Positions 41,693 to 51,925 of a stretch of DNA of 59,827 nucleotides are shown one piece after another. The notes under the pieces were generated by a model, which was not told where the DNA came from, ran no database searches, and saw only the letters and a program-made list of their open reading frames with translations. The DNA lies in the NCBI GenBank assembly GCA_963825055.1, contig CAWGSK010000022.1, positions 1 to 59,827 of the forward strand. The letters are read 5' to 3'. How positions within the stretch are numbered: the first letter of the stretch is position 1; the number at the start of each line of letters is the position of its first letter. Made by a program: the position numbers and the translations under genes. This stretch comes from an uncultured Gemmatimonadales bacterium. Lineage in GTDB: Bacteria; Gemmatimonadota; Gemmatimonadetes; Gemmatimonadales; GWC2-71-9.

Positions 41693-42289
41693 ATGACCAC
41701 CCTGAGAGCGACGGCGCCGTCACCGGCGCGAACCGGCGTGTGGATTGGCATCGGGGCCGTCGCGATGTCCTTCGCGGCCTACACCAGCGCCCTCATGGTG
41801 CGGCAGGGGGGCGCGACCGACTGGGTGCACCTCAGGCTGCCTCCAGTCCTGTACGTCAACACGGTGGTCCTGCTTGCCAGCAGCGTCACCCTGCTCCTCG
41901 GACGGCGCCGCGTCCTGGCCGGGTGGCCGACAGTCGGCGGGGAGGACGCCAGGAATGCCGGCATGGCCCGGCAGGGGGTCGCCTGGCTGGCCGTCACGCT
42001 GGCGCTCGGGTTGCTGTTCCTTGCGGGGCAGGTCCTCGCCTGGCGGCAGTTGGCTGCCCAGGGACTGTATCTCGCCACCACGCCCGGCAGCGCATTCTTC
42101 TATGTCTTCACGGTGCTCCATGCGCTGCACGTGACCGGTGGCATCATGGCGCTGGCCTACGCCATTCGACGGCTCCATGTCGCCGTCGACGCACCCCCCC
42201 TGGGGGCGCTCAGCGCCGTCGCCCTGTACTGGCACTTCATGGGGGCGCTGTGGCTGTATCTCCTGGCCATACTCGCACTGCGGCTGTAG
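41693..42289 (+). CDS. coxC: Cytochrome c oxidase subunit III family, copy 1
   Basis: NTVVLLASSVT, FFYVFTVLHALHV, LYWHFM. Confidence 0.9.
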   Translation: MTTLRATAPSPARTGVWIGIGAVAMSFAAYTSALMVRQGGATDWVHLRLPPVLYVNTVVLLASSVTLLLGRRRVLAGWPTVGGEDARNAGMARQGVAWLAVTLALGLLFLAGQVLAWRQLAAQGLYLATTPGSAFFYVFTVLHALHVTGGIMALAYAIRRLHVAVDAPPLGALSAVALYWHFMGALWLYLLAILALRL

Positions 42290-42307
42290 GCCGCCGCCGG
42301 AGGTGAC

Positions 42308-42937
<630 letters not shown>

Positions 42938-42947
42938 GGGAGCCACG

Positions 42948-43268
42948 ATGAACGACGATCCTGTGACAGCCAACGCGACCGACCACCCCCCCCGGATGCG
43001 CCAGTATATCGTGGTGTGGGTCGGGCTGCTCCTCATCGTGGCGGTCGAGGTAGGGCTGACCTTTGCGCGGTTGCCGGTGGGAACCATGCTGGCAGCCCTG
43101 CTCGCCCTGGCGCTGCTGGAGGCCGGGCTGGCGGTGACTTACTTCATGAACCTCAGGTACGAGCGGCGCATACTGGCCTTTACCCTCCTCCCCGTGCTCC
43201 TGTTCGTGCTGTTCATGATGAACCAGGTGTGGTGGGACGCCGTGCGGCTGCGCTCCCTCCACCCGTAG
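42948..43268 (+). CDS. coxD: Cytochrome c oxidase subunit IV family
   Basis: Three TM helices, YFMNLRYE motif, operon position. Confidence 0.85.
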   Translation: MNDDPVTANATDHPPRMRQYIVVWVGLLLIVAVEVGLTFARLPVGTMLAALLALALLEAGLAVTYFMNLRYERRILAFTLLPVLLFVLFMMNQVWWDAVRLRSLHP

Positions 43269-43291
43269 GCTTCCAGCGAAGGCCTCGATTC

Positions 43292-43420
43292 ATGCAGATG
43301 CCGATGGCGCTCCCGACAATCCACTCGATGCTCCCGGCCATGGTGATCATCGCCCTGCCCGCCTTCCTGATCTGCGCCGGCGTCACCTTCATGGTGTATC
43401 GCCGCCGTCCCCGCGACTGA
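43292..43420 (+). CDS. Small single-TM membrane protein
   Basis: MQMPMALPTIHSMLPAMVIIALPAFLICAGVTFMVYRRRPRD; hydrophobic helix with basic tail; start uncertain. Confidence 0.5.
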   Translation: MQMPMALPTIHSMLPAMVIIALPAFLICAGVTFMVYRRRPRD

Positions 43421-43559
43421 CCTGTCACGATCGGGGGCGGTTCCTCCACGCCCTCCGCCGCCCTTACCTTACCCCCATGCTGCCCCCGTTCGTCCGCCGG
43501 GCCGTGGCCGCCGGCGGCCCCCGTCCACGCATGGCGGTCCGACCCCGCTCCACGGCCTG

Positions 43560-44528
43560 ATGCGGGCCGCCGCCGTCCATCGGCTCCGCCGGGCTGCGGC
43601 GGACCTTGGCCTGACGCCGGTCGCCGTCGTCCCCCCGCCCTACGATGCCCGGCTCGAGGAGATCGAGACCCGCTCGGCGCGCCTGGTCGAGGATGTCGAG
43701 CTTACCATGCACGGGGTCGGTGAGAGCGAGCCCTGGCGCGAGCCGGTGGCCTTCCTGGACGGTACCCAGCGCTACGGCATCTTCGCCTACGACGGGTGTT
43801 CGCCGGTGGCCTGGGCCACCATCGCCGCCGCGGTGCGGGAACGGCGGGACCGGAAATTCCGCACCGGGACCGCACTCCGGCAGCACCTGCTGGTGGGGCG
43901 CGCCGGGGTGCTGGACCGACTGGCCGGCATCACGGACGCCACTGACCTGCTGCCCATTCCCGACGACATTCCGCTCCATCCCCATCGTGAGATGCAGGCA
44001 ATCCGGCGTGTGGTGGACACGGCGCGCGGCCGGCTGGAGCTGGAGGCCGGCTCCGCGTGGCGTCGTCGGGCCGATGGCTGGCTGCTGGTGGACGGTTCCC
44101 TCGGGGTCAGCTCCTCCTGGGCCCGTGACCCACGGATGCTCGGCATCGTCAAGAGCCACGCGTCGCTGCCGTTCGAGGACGACGACCTGGCCCGCTATCT
44201 CCGGCTGCCCCTCGCGCACCGCACCAGCGTCTTTGCCCCGGATACCAGCACGTACAGCCCGGTGTACTCCTGGGCGCTCAGGCTCTGGGAGCCCGACGGT
44301 CTGGACGTGTTCCATGGCCTGATCCGGGTGGAGGCGCCGGCCACTGAGCGCACGCTGGAGGAAGTGGACCGGGTCGCGCGCCACCTCCTGGCCGAGCGTT
44401 CGCCGCTCAGCACCCCGGACGGACGATGGGACCGGTTGCTCTACGGCTTCCATGACGTCGAGCGATTTCTGAAGGCCGGAGGCGGTGCTCCTCCGGCGCT
44501 CCGCGCCGCTACCTTTCAGGGCACATGA
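43560..44528 (+). CDS. nurA: NurA-like nuclease
   Basis: VAFLDGTQR, LLVDGSL, GIVKSH RNase H-fold motifs; coupled to a HerA gene. Confidence 0.75.
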   Translation: MRAAAVHRLRRAAADLGLTPVAVVPPPYDARLEEIETRSARLVEDVELTMHGVGESEPWREPVAFLDGTQRYGIFAYDGCSPVAWATIAAAVRERRDRKFRTGTALRQHLLVGRAGVLDRLAGITDATDLLPIPDDIPLHPHREMQAIRRVVDTARGRLELEAGSAWRRRADGWLLVDGSLGVSSSWARDPRMLGIVKSHASLPFEDDDLARYLRLPLAHRTSVFAPDTSTYSPVYSWALRLWEPDGLDVFHGLIRVEAPATERTLEEVDRVARHLLAERSPLSTPDGRWDRLLYGFHDVERFLKAGGGAPPALRAATFQGT

Positions 44529-46471
44529 CCACGCCAGAGACCCTGCCGCCTATCGGTCGCGTCGTCGCGACCGAGCTCAAGCCGACCACCCCCCACCAGT
44601 TCCTCTTCTGGACCGCGGTGGACGCGCCGATCGGCATCGGCGCCATCGTGCGGGTGGAGACGGCCGACCGGGTTGTGCATGGTGTGGTGACCGAGGGGTT
44701 CGCGTATGCCGACCTCGACACGCCCATGCATGACGTGATCGGCGCCGAGGGCGATCCCGCCCGTGCCGCGGCCAGTCCCAGCGAGCGCACGGAGATCCGG
44801 CTCTACTCGGCTGCCGTGCTCCGCCAGACACCGGAGGAGCCGCTGCAGCCGGTGCCGCTGGCCGCAGTGCACCTGGCCACCGATGAGGACGTGGCGCTGG
44901 CGCTCCGGATGGATGCCTTCACCACGGGCGAACGCCCGACGGGCGTGCCCGCCGGCGTATACCGGGCCGGCGGGCACGAGGCCCCGGTTCAGCTGGACAC
45001 CGACTTCCTGCTGGGTCCGGAAGCCGCGCACCTCAACATCACCGGTGTCTCCGGCCTTGCCACCAAGACCAGCGCGGTGGAGTTCCTGCTGCTCTCGCTC
45101 TTCCAGAAATTCCCGGTCCACAAGGGCTCGATCGCGGCGGTGTGCTTCAACGTGAAGGGTCCCGACCTGCTCTTCCTGGACCAGCCGGGCGCGCTCAACG
45201 CCGAGGACCTCAGGCTCTACGACCGGTTGGGCCTCGAGCCGGAGCCGTTCCGGAACGTGCGCTACTACGCGCCCTACCGGCCTGATGGAATCAACCTGAA
45301 CACGCTGCGCACGAACGAGGCGCTCTCGGCGAACACGGAGCCGCTCGTCTGGGGGCTTCGCGAGGTGCTGGACTACGCCGAGGTCGTGCTGAACCGGGAT
45401 GACCTGGACGCGAAGGCCGATGCGTTCATCGACTTCCTGACCGACCGCGTGGTCGGGAAGACGTTCGAGGACCCGTCGCTCGGCCGCACGTTCCAGGTGC
45501 AGAGCTTCGCGGATCTGGAGCAGTTCTTCCGGGCCATCTTCGATTTCATGGAGAGCGTCGGACGGGGTGGGGAAGTCTGGCGCACGCACCACGTCGCCAC
45601 CATCCGGAAGGTCCGGAACCGGCTCGGCAACATCAGCGTGCGCTCGAAGGGGCTGGTGACCGACGAGGGCGCGGCGAACGATCTGCCCTGGGGGCAGTTC
45701 GAGGACCGGGGTATCTACTGCCTCGACATCGCGGGGCTGGATCCGCTGGCCCAGGATCTCGTCTTCGCCCGGGTCGTGTCCCACCTTCGCGAGCATCTCG
45801 AGCGGCGCGACCTCGGGGTGGACCATGTCATCGTCTTCGTGGACGAGCTGAACAAGTACGCCCCCGCCGACGGCGCGGACACCTACGTCAAGAAGATGCT
45901 GCTCGATCTCTCCGAGCGGGGGCGCTACCTCGGGCTGGTGCTGTTCAGCGCCCAGCAGTTCCGCTCCCAGGTGCTCCGGCGGGTGGTGGGCAACGCCGGC
46001 ACCGGCATCTTCGGGCGGATGGACATGGACGAGCTCGCCACACCGGGCTACACGACGCTCTCGGCGGCCACCAAGATCAAGCTCGCCACCCTCCCCAAGG
46101 GCGAGTTGATGATCCGGCACCCGCACTTCACCCAGCCGGTCTTCCTCCGCTTCCCGCGCCCGCCCATCATGGCAGGGCGGGAGGGCGTCGAGCGGTTCCC
46201 GCCCGAGCCCGACCTCGCCCTGGACGCCGCCGTGCACCGGCATCTCCGCCAGCTCGACCGGAAGGTCACCCGCCAGGCGGTCGCGGAAGCCATCGAGGGC
46301 CATCGGGAGGAGGACATTCTCCGCGCCCTCAATGCGACGCGCCGGACCCACCCCGAGCGGGTGCTGCCGTTCTTCATCGCCCAGCTCGGCCAGCGCGTGC
46401 GCGCCGGGGAGCCGGTCCGCACCGGGGGCGTGCCGCCGGTGAAGCGGGTGAGGGATCCGTATGGGGAGTAG
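44525..46471 (+). CDS. herA: HerA/FtsK-family ATPase with N-terminal HAS barrel
   Basis: IGRVV N-terminal barrel; HLNITGVSGLATKTS Walker A variant; IVFVDELNKY Walker B; ERGRYLGLVLFSAQQ Arg finger. Confidence 0.85.
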   Translation: MTTPETLPPIGRVVATELKPTTPHQFLFWTAVDAPIGIGAIVRVETADRVVHGVVTEGFAYADLDTPMHDVIGAEGDPARAAASPSERTEIRLYSAAVLRQTPEEPLQPVPLAAVHLATDEDVALALRMDAFTTGERPTGVPAGVYRAGGHEAPVQLDTDFLLGPEAAHLNITGVSGLATKTSAVEFLLLSLFQKFPVHKGSIAAVCFNVKGPDLLFLDQPGALNAEDLRLYDRLGLEPEPFRNVRYYAPYRPDGINLNTLRTNEALSANTEPLVWGLREVLDYAEVVLNRDDLDAKADAFIDFLTDRVVGKTFEDPSLGRTFQVQSFADLEQFFRAIFDFMESVGRGGEVWRTHHVATIRKVRNRLGNISVRSKGLVTDEGAANDLPWGQFEDRGIYCLDIAGLDPLAQDLVFARVVSHLREHLERRDLGVDHVIVFVDELNKYAPADGADTYVKKMLLDLSERGRYLGLVLFSAQQFRSQVLRRVVGNAGTGIFGRMDMDELATPGYTTLSAATKIKLATLPKGELMIRHPHFTQPVFLRFPRPPIMAGREGVERFPPEPDLALDAAVHRHLRQLDRKVTRQAVAEAIEGHREEDILRALNATRRTHPERVLPFFIAQLGQRVRAGEPVRTGGVPPVKRVRDPYGE

Positions 46472-46492
46472 GGTGGGGAGAGAAGCGTGTTT

Positions 46493-46602
46493 CGTTCGTT
46501 AAGTCGTTGAGGACGTTGAGTCGTTGAGTCGTTCCTGAAATCATGCACCCGGATCACACGATTCAACTACTCAACCACTCAACCACTCAACTGCTCAACC
46601 AT
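46493..46602. repeat. Opposed octamer arrays (GTCGTTGA)n ... (TCAACCAC)n
   Basis: Forward and reverse-complement arrays around a ~40-bp spacer between herA and mre11. Confidence 0.85.
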
Positions 46603-46649
46603 TCTACCACCCCCTTGCCTCCCCCTCCCATTCCCCCCATTCTCCCCCT

Positions 46650-47828
46650 GTGAAGCTCGCGCACCTCGCCGATTCGCATCTCGGATTCCGTCAGTACCAC
46701 CGGCAGACCCCCGGCGGCTTCAACCAGCGTGAGGCCGACGTTGGGCAGGCCTTTCGGCGGGCCATTGACGGCATCATCAGCGCCGCTCCCCGGGCTATCG
46801 TCATCGCCGGGGACCTTTTTCATTCCGTGCGCCCCAGCAACCCGGCCATCCTCTTTGCCTTCCGGGAGTTCCAGCGGGTCCGGCTTGCCCTGCCGGAGTC
46901 GCCCATCATCCTGGTTGCCGGGAATCACGATACGCCGCGCTCGACTGAGACAGGATCGATCCTCGAGCTGTTCGAGACGCTGGGTGTCGAGGTGGTATCG
47001 GGCGAAGCCCGGCGCCTGGAGTACCCCGACCTGGACCTGAGCGTCCTGGCGGTTCCCCATCAGTCCCTCATCGCCCCCAGCCGGCCGCTCCTGCGGCCCG
47101 AGGGCGACGCCCGGTACCAGGTGCTGGTTACGCACGGCGAAGTGGACGGGATGCTCCCGATCGAACGGACCGGCCTGGAATACGGCGGAGCCCTGCTTTC
47201 CCCGGCGGAACTCGGTGGCGCCGACTGGACGTACGTCGCGCTCGGGCACTATCACGTGGTGCGCGAGGTGCTGCCCCGTGTCTGGTACTCGGGGGCGACG
47301 GAGTACGTCAGCACCAACCCCTGGGGCGAGGCGCGGGAACAGGCGGAGCAGGGTATTCCGGGCAAGGGCTGGCTGCTGGCGGACCTTGCGGAGGCCACCA
47401 CGTCGTTCCAGCCGGTGGAGCTGGCCCGGCGCGTGATCGATCTCGAGGCGATCGACGCCGACGAGCAGACCGCTGAGGGCGTGGACGCGATGATCCGTGC
47501 GCGCATCAAGGGAACCGGAACCATCGAGGGGCAGATCGTACGGCAGGTGCTCTGCAACATTCCCCGCCATGTCGCCCGGGAGCTGGACCACGCCGCGATC
47601 CGCGGCTGGAAGGCAGAAGCCCTGCACTTCCACCTGGACCTCCGCCGGCCCGAGGCGCGGCGCATCACCGGTGTCGGCACGCCGGGGCGAAGGCAGACCC
47701 TGGCCGAGGTAGTGGAGGGCTACCTCGTCCAGCGCCCGCTGGACGCCGGGATCGACCGCGACCGGTTCGTGCAGCTCGGCGTCTCGCTGCTCGCCGAGGC
47801 GGAGGGCGAGCCGGGAGCGTCGGGATGA
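46650..47828 (+). CDS. sbcD: Mre11/SbcD metallophosphoesterase nuclease
   Basis: HLADSHLG, IAGDLFH, AGNHD, THG, ALGHYH, YSGATE. Confidence 0.93.
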   Translation: MKLAHLADSHLGFRQYHRQTPGGFNQREADVGQAFRRAIDGIISAAPRAIVIAGDLFHSVRPSNPAILFAFREFQRVRLALPESPIILVAGNHDTPRSTETGSILELFETLGVEVVSGEARRLEYPDLDLSVLAVPHQSLIAPSRPLLRPEGDARYQVLVTHGEVDGMLPIERTGLEYGGALLSPAELGGADWTYVALGHYHVVREVLPRVWYSGATEYVSTNPWGEAREQAEQGIPGKGWLLADLAEATTSFQPVELARRVIDLEAIDADEQTAEGVDAMIRARIKGTGTIEGQIVRQVLCNIPRHVARELDHAAIRGWKAEALHFHLDLRRPEARRITGVGTPGRRQTLAEVVEGYLVQRPLDAGIDRDRFVQLGVSLLAEAEGEPGASG

Positions 47829-50245
47829 TCATCCAGCGGCTCCGCCTGCTCAACTTCCGCCAGCACGAGGACACCGAACTGATCCTCGGCGCCGGACTCA
47901 CCGGTATCATCGGCCCGAACGGGGCAGGGAAGACCACCCTGCTCGAGGCGATCGCCTGGTCCATCTACGGCACGCCCGCGGCCCGGGGCACCCGCGAATC
48001 CATCCGTCGGCGTCGCGCCCCACCCCGCTCGCCGGTCCGGGTGGAGCTGGAGTTTGCCCTCGGGCCGCATCAGTATCGCGTCGTCCGCACGCTGCACGGC
48101 GCCGAGCTCTACCAGGATGGCGATCCGTCACCGATCGTGACCAGCCTCGGCGCCGTCTCCGACCGCCTCGAGCGCATCCTCGGCATGACGCGCGAGGAGT
48201 TCTTCAACACTTACTTCACCAGCCAGAAGGAACTGGCGGTGATGGCGGCGATGACGGCGCCCGAGCGGGCGCAGTTCCTCTCGCGCGTGCTGGGGTACGA
48301 GAAGATCCGTCGGGCGCAGGACCGGCTGAAGGACCGGCGCACCGCGCTCCGGAGCCGGCTCCAGACCCTGGAGGGCGCCTTGCCAAACGCCGAGTCGCTC
48401 GCCTCGGACTTCGACAAGGCGCGGTCGCGGCTGGCGGAGGCTGAGGAGAAGGAAAGGATCTCCCGGGAGGCACTGGAGGCGGCCGGACGCAGGCTGGAGG
48501 AGGTCCAGCCGAAGTGGGAGGAGGTGCAGCGGCTCAAGGAGCAGGTTGCGTCGCTCGAGGGCGACCTGCGGCTGGCGGAACACAAGGTGGGCGCGGCCCG
48601 GGAGCGGCACCAGCAGCTCGACCGCCAGCTGGCCGAGGCGCTGACGGCCCGCGGCCGCCTGACGGCGATCGAGACCGATCTGGCGCCGCTCACCGGGCTC
48701 CGCGAGGAGCGCGGGCAGCTCGATGAGCGGCAGCAGGCGGTCGCGGCGCGACGCGGGTTCCAGAGCCAGCTGGATGACCTGCGTCATCGGCGGAAGGAGG
48801 TGGCCGCGGAGCTTGCGCAGATCCCCGCACCGGAGGTGCTGGCCGCGGCCGGCGAGCGACGCGATACACTTGCCGCGCGGCGGACCGAACTCTCCGCTGC
48901 CATCGAGCAGCGGCAGAACGAATGGGTGCGTGACCTGCAGGAGGCGAAGACCCGGCGCCAGACCCTGCTGGACCAGTACAAGGACATTCAGGAGCAGCAG
49001 GACCGCATCCGCGAGGCCGGGAGCGACGGTGCGTGCCCCACGTGCGCACGGCCGCTGGGTGACGAGTTCGACCAGGTGCTCGGCCTGCTCGACCGCCAGC
49101 TGGAGGAAGTCAAGTTCAACGGGAACTATTTCCGGCAGCGGATCGAGCAACTCACGGATACGCCGGCGGACCTGGCCGCCCTGACCACCGAGCACGCGAC
49201 AGTGGAAGAAGACCTCTCCTCGGCGCGGGACGAACTGACCCGTTTCGGGGCGGCGGCGGGCAAGCAGGAAGCCCTGACCGCGGAGGCCGCCCGGCTCGAT
49301 GAACGGATTACCGCACTGGAGCAGGAACTGGCGGCATCGGAAGCGCCGTACGACGCGGAGCGCCACGCCGAGGTTCGCGCCCTGATCGTGAAGCTGGAAC
49401 CGCTCGCCCTGGAGGCGGTGCGGCTCCAGGTCCTGGCGGACCGGGCCGAGGAGCTGGTGCAGGAGGCCGAGTCGGCCGAGCGTGACATGAGCGAGGTGGA
49501 AGGACAGGTCACGGCACTTCGTGAGCAGATGAAGTCGCTGGGGTTCAGCGAGGACGCCTGGGCCTGGGCCAGACGTGAGGCGGAGGAGGCGGAGCGGTCG
49601 CGTCGATTGGTGGAGGTGGACACGGTGCGGTGTGGCGCCGAGCGTTCGGCGGCCGCCGAGGCGGTGCAGGGGCTCGAACGCCGTCAGGCGCAGCGGGAGG
49701 TACAGGCGCGGGAGATCGACCAGGCCGCCGGGGACCTGGCCCTGCACAACGCGCTGGACCGGGCCTTCACCGACCTGCGCACCGACCTCAATGCCACCCT
49801 TCGCCCGGACCTGTCGGAGCTGGCATCGGGCTTCCTGCGCGACCTCACCAACGGGCGGTACTCCGACCTCGAGCTGGACGAGAGCTACATGGCCGTCGTG
49901 CTGGAAGACGGCGACGCCAAGCCCGTGATCTCCGGCGGCGAGGAGGACGTGGTGAACCTGGCGCTCCGCCTGGCCATCAGCCAGATGATCGCGGAGCGGG
50001 CGGGGCAGCCGCTGTCGTTGCTGGTGCTGGACGAGATCTTCGGGTCGCTGGACGAGGAGCGCCGCGCGGGTGTGCTCGAGTTGCTGCGCGGCCTGGCCGA
50101 CCGGTTCCCGCAGGTCATCCTGATCACCCACATCGAGTCGGTGCGGGAAGGCTTCGATCGCGTCATCCGGGTCGAGGTGGACGTAGGGCGTGGCGCCGCC
50201 ACGGCCCGGGAGGACACGGAGGCTCCCGATGGCCTGGCTGCCTGA
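47825..50245 (+). CDS. sbcC: Rad50/SbcC SMC-like ATPase
   Basis: GPNGAGKTT, coiled coils with CPTC zinc hook, ISGGE signature, LVLDEIFGSLD, ITH. Confidence 0.93.
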   Translation: MIIQRLRLLNFRQHEDTELILGAGLTGIIGPNGAGKTTLLEAIAWSIYGTPAARGTRESIRRRRAPPRSPVRVELEFALGPHQYRVVRTLHGAELYQDGDPSPIVTSLGAVSDRLERILGMTREEFFNTYFTSQKELAVMAAMTAPERAQFLSRVLGYEKIRRAQDRLKDRRTALRSRLQTLEGALPNAESLASDFDKARSRLAEAEEKERISREALEAAGRRLEEVQPKWEEVQRLKEQVASLEGDLRLAEHKVGAARERHQQLDRQLAEALTARGRLTAIETDLAPLTGLREERGQLDERQQAVAARRGFQSQLDDLRHRRKEVAAELAQIPAPEVLAAAGERRDTLAARRTELSAAIEQRQNEWVRDLQEAKTRRQTLLDQYKDIQEQQDRIREAGSDGACPTCARPLGDEFDQVLGLLDRQLEEVKFNGNYFRQRIEQLTDTPADLAALTTEHATVEEDLSSARDELTRFGAAAGKQEALTAEAARLDERITALEQELAASEAPYDAERHAEVRALIVKLEPLALEAVRLQVLADRAEELVQEAESAERDMSEVEGQVTALREQMKSLGFSEDAWAWARREAEEAERSRRLVEVDTVRCGAERSAAAEAVQGLERRQAQREVQAREIDQAAGDLALHNALDRAFTDLRTDLNATLRPDLSELASGFLRDLTNGRYSDLELDESYMAVVLEDGDAKPVISGGEEDVVNLALRLAISQMIAERAGQPLSLLVLDEIFGSLDEERRAGVLELLRGLADRFPQVILITHIESVREGFDRVIRVEVDVGRGAATAREDTEAPDGLAA

Positions 50246-51176
50246 CCGGAGCGTGAGCGGTCCGCTGCAGGCGGGGCCGCAGGATATCGAGCCGCTGAAC
50301 CGTATCTTCGCGGACGCCTTCACCGACCGGTACCGGCGGGACGGGCTCGCGGGCGTACGGGTCCCCTTCCTGAATCCACTTATCTGGCGCTACGCCATCG
50401 AGGACGCCGGCGAGGGGGCGATGCTGTGGCGGGACGCCTCCGGCCGCCTGATCGCGTTCAACATGGTGCACCAGTCCGGGGTGGAGGGCTGGATGGGTCC
50501 GCTGGCCGTGCGGCCCGACCGGCAGAACGAAGGTCTGGGGCAGGAAATCGTCATGGCGGGGGTGGAGTGGCTGCGGGAGCGCGGTGTCCGGACCATCGGG
50601 CTGGAGACCATGCCCCGCACCGTGGAAAACATCGGGTTCTACAGCCGCCTGGGGTTCGAGCCGGGGCCGCTCACCATCACACTGATCCGGGACGTCGCCC
50701 GACGGACCGCGCGGAAGGAGGGCCCGCCGGCGGCGCCGCCCACCCTCCCGGAATGCCGTGACCTCGCTGTGCGGGTGACGGGAGGCGTCGACTTCTCCCG
50801 CGAGATCGAGCTCACCCGCGAGCTGCGGATCGGGAACGTGACCGGCATCCGGCGGGATGCCCGCCTGGCCGCGTTCGGCCTCTGGCACTCGGCGTCACTG
50901 GCGGACAGCCGGACGGCAGACGAACTGCGGGTGCTCAAGGTCGTCGCCGTGGACGTGGAAGCGTTCGCCGAGCTGGTGGACGAGCTGGTGCGCACGGCGT
51001 CCCGCGAGCGGATGCGCCGGCTCTCATTGCGGTGCCAGACGCAGGACCCCGCCCCGTACGCCCGGCTCATCGGCGATGGCTTCCGGGTCCACTGGACCGA
51101 CCTGCGGATGACGGTGCGGGGGTATGGCGAGCGGCCGGTGAGGCCCGGCGTGGTGCTGTCGAACTGGGAGATCTGA
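50229..51176 (+). CDS. GNAT family N-acetyltransferase (probably tandem domain)
   Basis: MGPLAVRPDRQNEGLG, NIGFYSRLGF; ATG 50229 overlaps the rad50 end. Confidence 0.85.
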   Translation: MAWLPDRSVSGPLQAGPQDIEPLNRIFADAFTDRYRRDGLAGVRVPFLNPLIWRYAIEDAGEGAMLWRDASGRLIAFNMVHQSGVEGWMGPLAVRPDRQNEGLGQEIVMAGVEWLRERGVRTIGLETMPRTVENIGFYSRLGFEPGPLTITLIRDVARRTARKEGPPAAPPTLPECRDLAVRVTGGVDFSREIELTRELRIGNVTGIRRDARLAAFGLWHSASLADSRTADELRVLKVVAVDVEAFAELVDELVRTASRERMRRLSLRCQTQDPAPYARLIGDGFRVHWTDLRMTVRGYGERPVRPGVVLSNWEI

Positions 51177-51360
51177 GCGGCACCGGGTTCCGGAGGGCAC
51201 CATCCACGGCCGCCATTGTTCATTTGAACCACGGAAAACACGGAAGACACGGAGGTGTGCACGGAGACACCGCACCCCGTCCGTGTTCACTGATCAATCG
51301 GCGCAATCTGTGTGATCTGTGGATGCTATTGCGGGACCTGAGGCCGAACAGGTGATGGGT

Positions 51361-51500
51361 TCCCGTCCGTCTTGTCCTCGTCCGCCCTTTTCCCGACCGC
51401 CCTGTCAGGCACCGCCCTCTTCCCGACCGCCCTGTTCTCCGACCGCCCCTTTTCCCGACCGCCCTCTCACCGACCGCCCTGTTCTTCGACCGCCCCGTCC
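51361..51500. repeat. Degenerate 15-16-mer array CGACCGCCCT(N)5-6
   Basis: About 8 copies; overlaps the 3' end of the 51467-51643 ORF. Confidence 0.85.
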
Positions 51501-51643
51501 CGGGTGAGTGCCCACCACCGCACGAAGAGGCTGGCCGAGACGGCCAGCAGCAGGTTCACGGCGGGATAGGGCAGCGCGAGGACCAGCGCCAGGACGATCC
51601 ACAGGAGGAGACTGGCGACGATTCCCGCGAGAAGGAGAGGCAT
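51467..51643 (-). CDS. Small two-TM hypothetical protein
   Basis: MPLLLAGIVASLLLWIVLALVLALPYPAVNLLLAVSASLFVRWWAL; tail runs into the repeat. Confidence 0.6.
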   Translation of the reverse strand: MPLLLAGIVASLLLWIVLALVLALPYPAVNLLLAVSASLFVRWWALTRDGAVEEQGGR

Positions 51644-51722
51644 GAGGAGTCCCGGCTCAGGGCTGTATTCCCTCAACGGATAACGCGGCGTCCGGGCCTT
51701 CGCAACACCCCGCGGAACCGTG

Positions 51723-51751
51723 TTGACGGCCGAGGTACCGGCCGGTATTTT
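51723..51751 (+). promoter_or_regulatory. Sigma70-type promoter of the ncRNA
   Basis: TTGACG-N17-TATTTT. Confidence 0.65.
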
Positions 51752-51758
51752 GTTCCCT

Positions 51759-51923
51759 GAGCTGGCGGCAACGGGGACAATCGTTATTGAGCCAACATTG
51801 TCCGATGAAGGGCCCGAATGCTGCAGCCGATGTCATGCCCCACGGGGGAAGACAGACGTTGTGGTGAGGGCGCCGCGCATTTTTCTTCGGGCTTCAATTA
51901 ACCCCCTCGTTGCTGTTCAGCTT
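51759..51923 (+). ncRNA. ssrS: Probable 6S RNA
   Basis: ~165-nt rod: GAGCTGGCGGCAACGGGG pairs with CCTCGTTGCTGTTCAGCTT; TGAAGGGCCCGAA with TTCGGGCTTCA; central AT-rich bubble; own promoter and downstream hairpin. Confidence 0.65.
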
Positions 51924-51925
51924 CT

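Noticed and set aside
44525..46471. Anti-phage HerA system (Sir2-HerA, DUF4297-HerA)
   Set aside because: Partners are NurA-like, Mre11 and Rad50 in a housekeeping context; no Sir2 or similar effector.
47825..50245. Condensin or Wadjet SMC
   Set aside because: Has a CPTC zinc hook rather than a hinge and is paired with Mre11; no kleisin genes.
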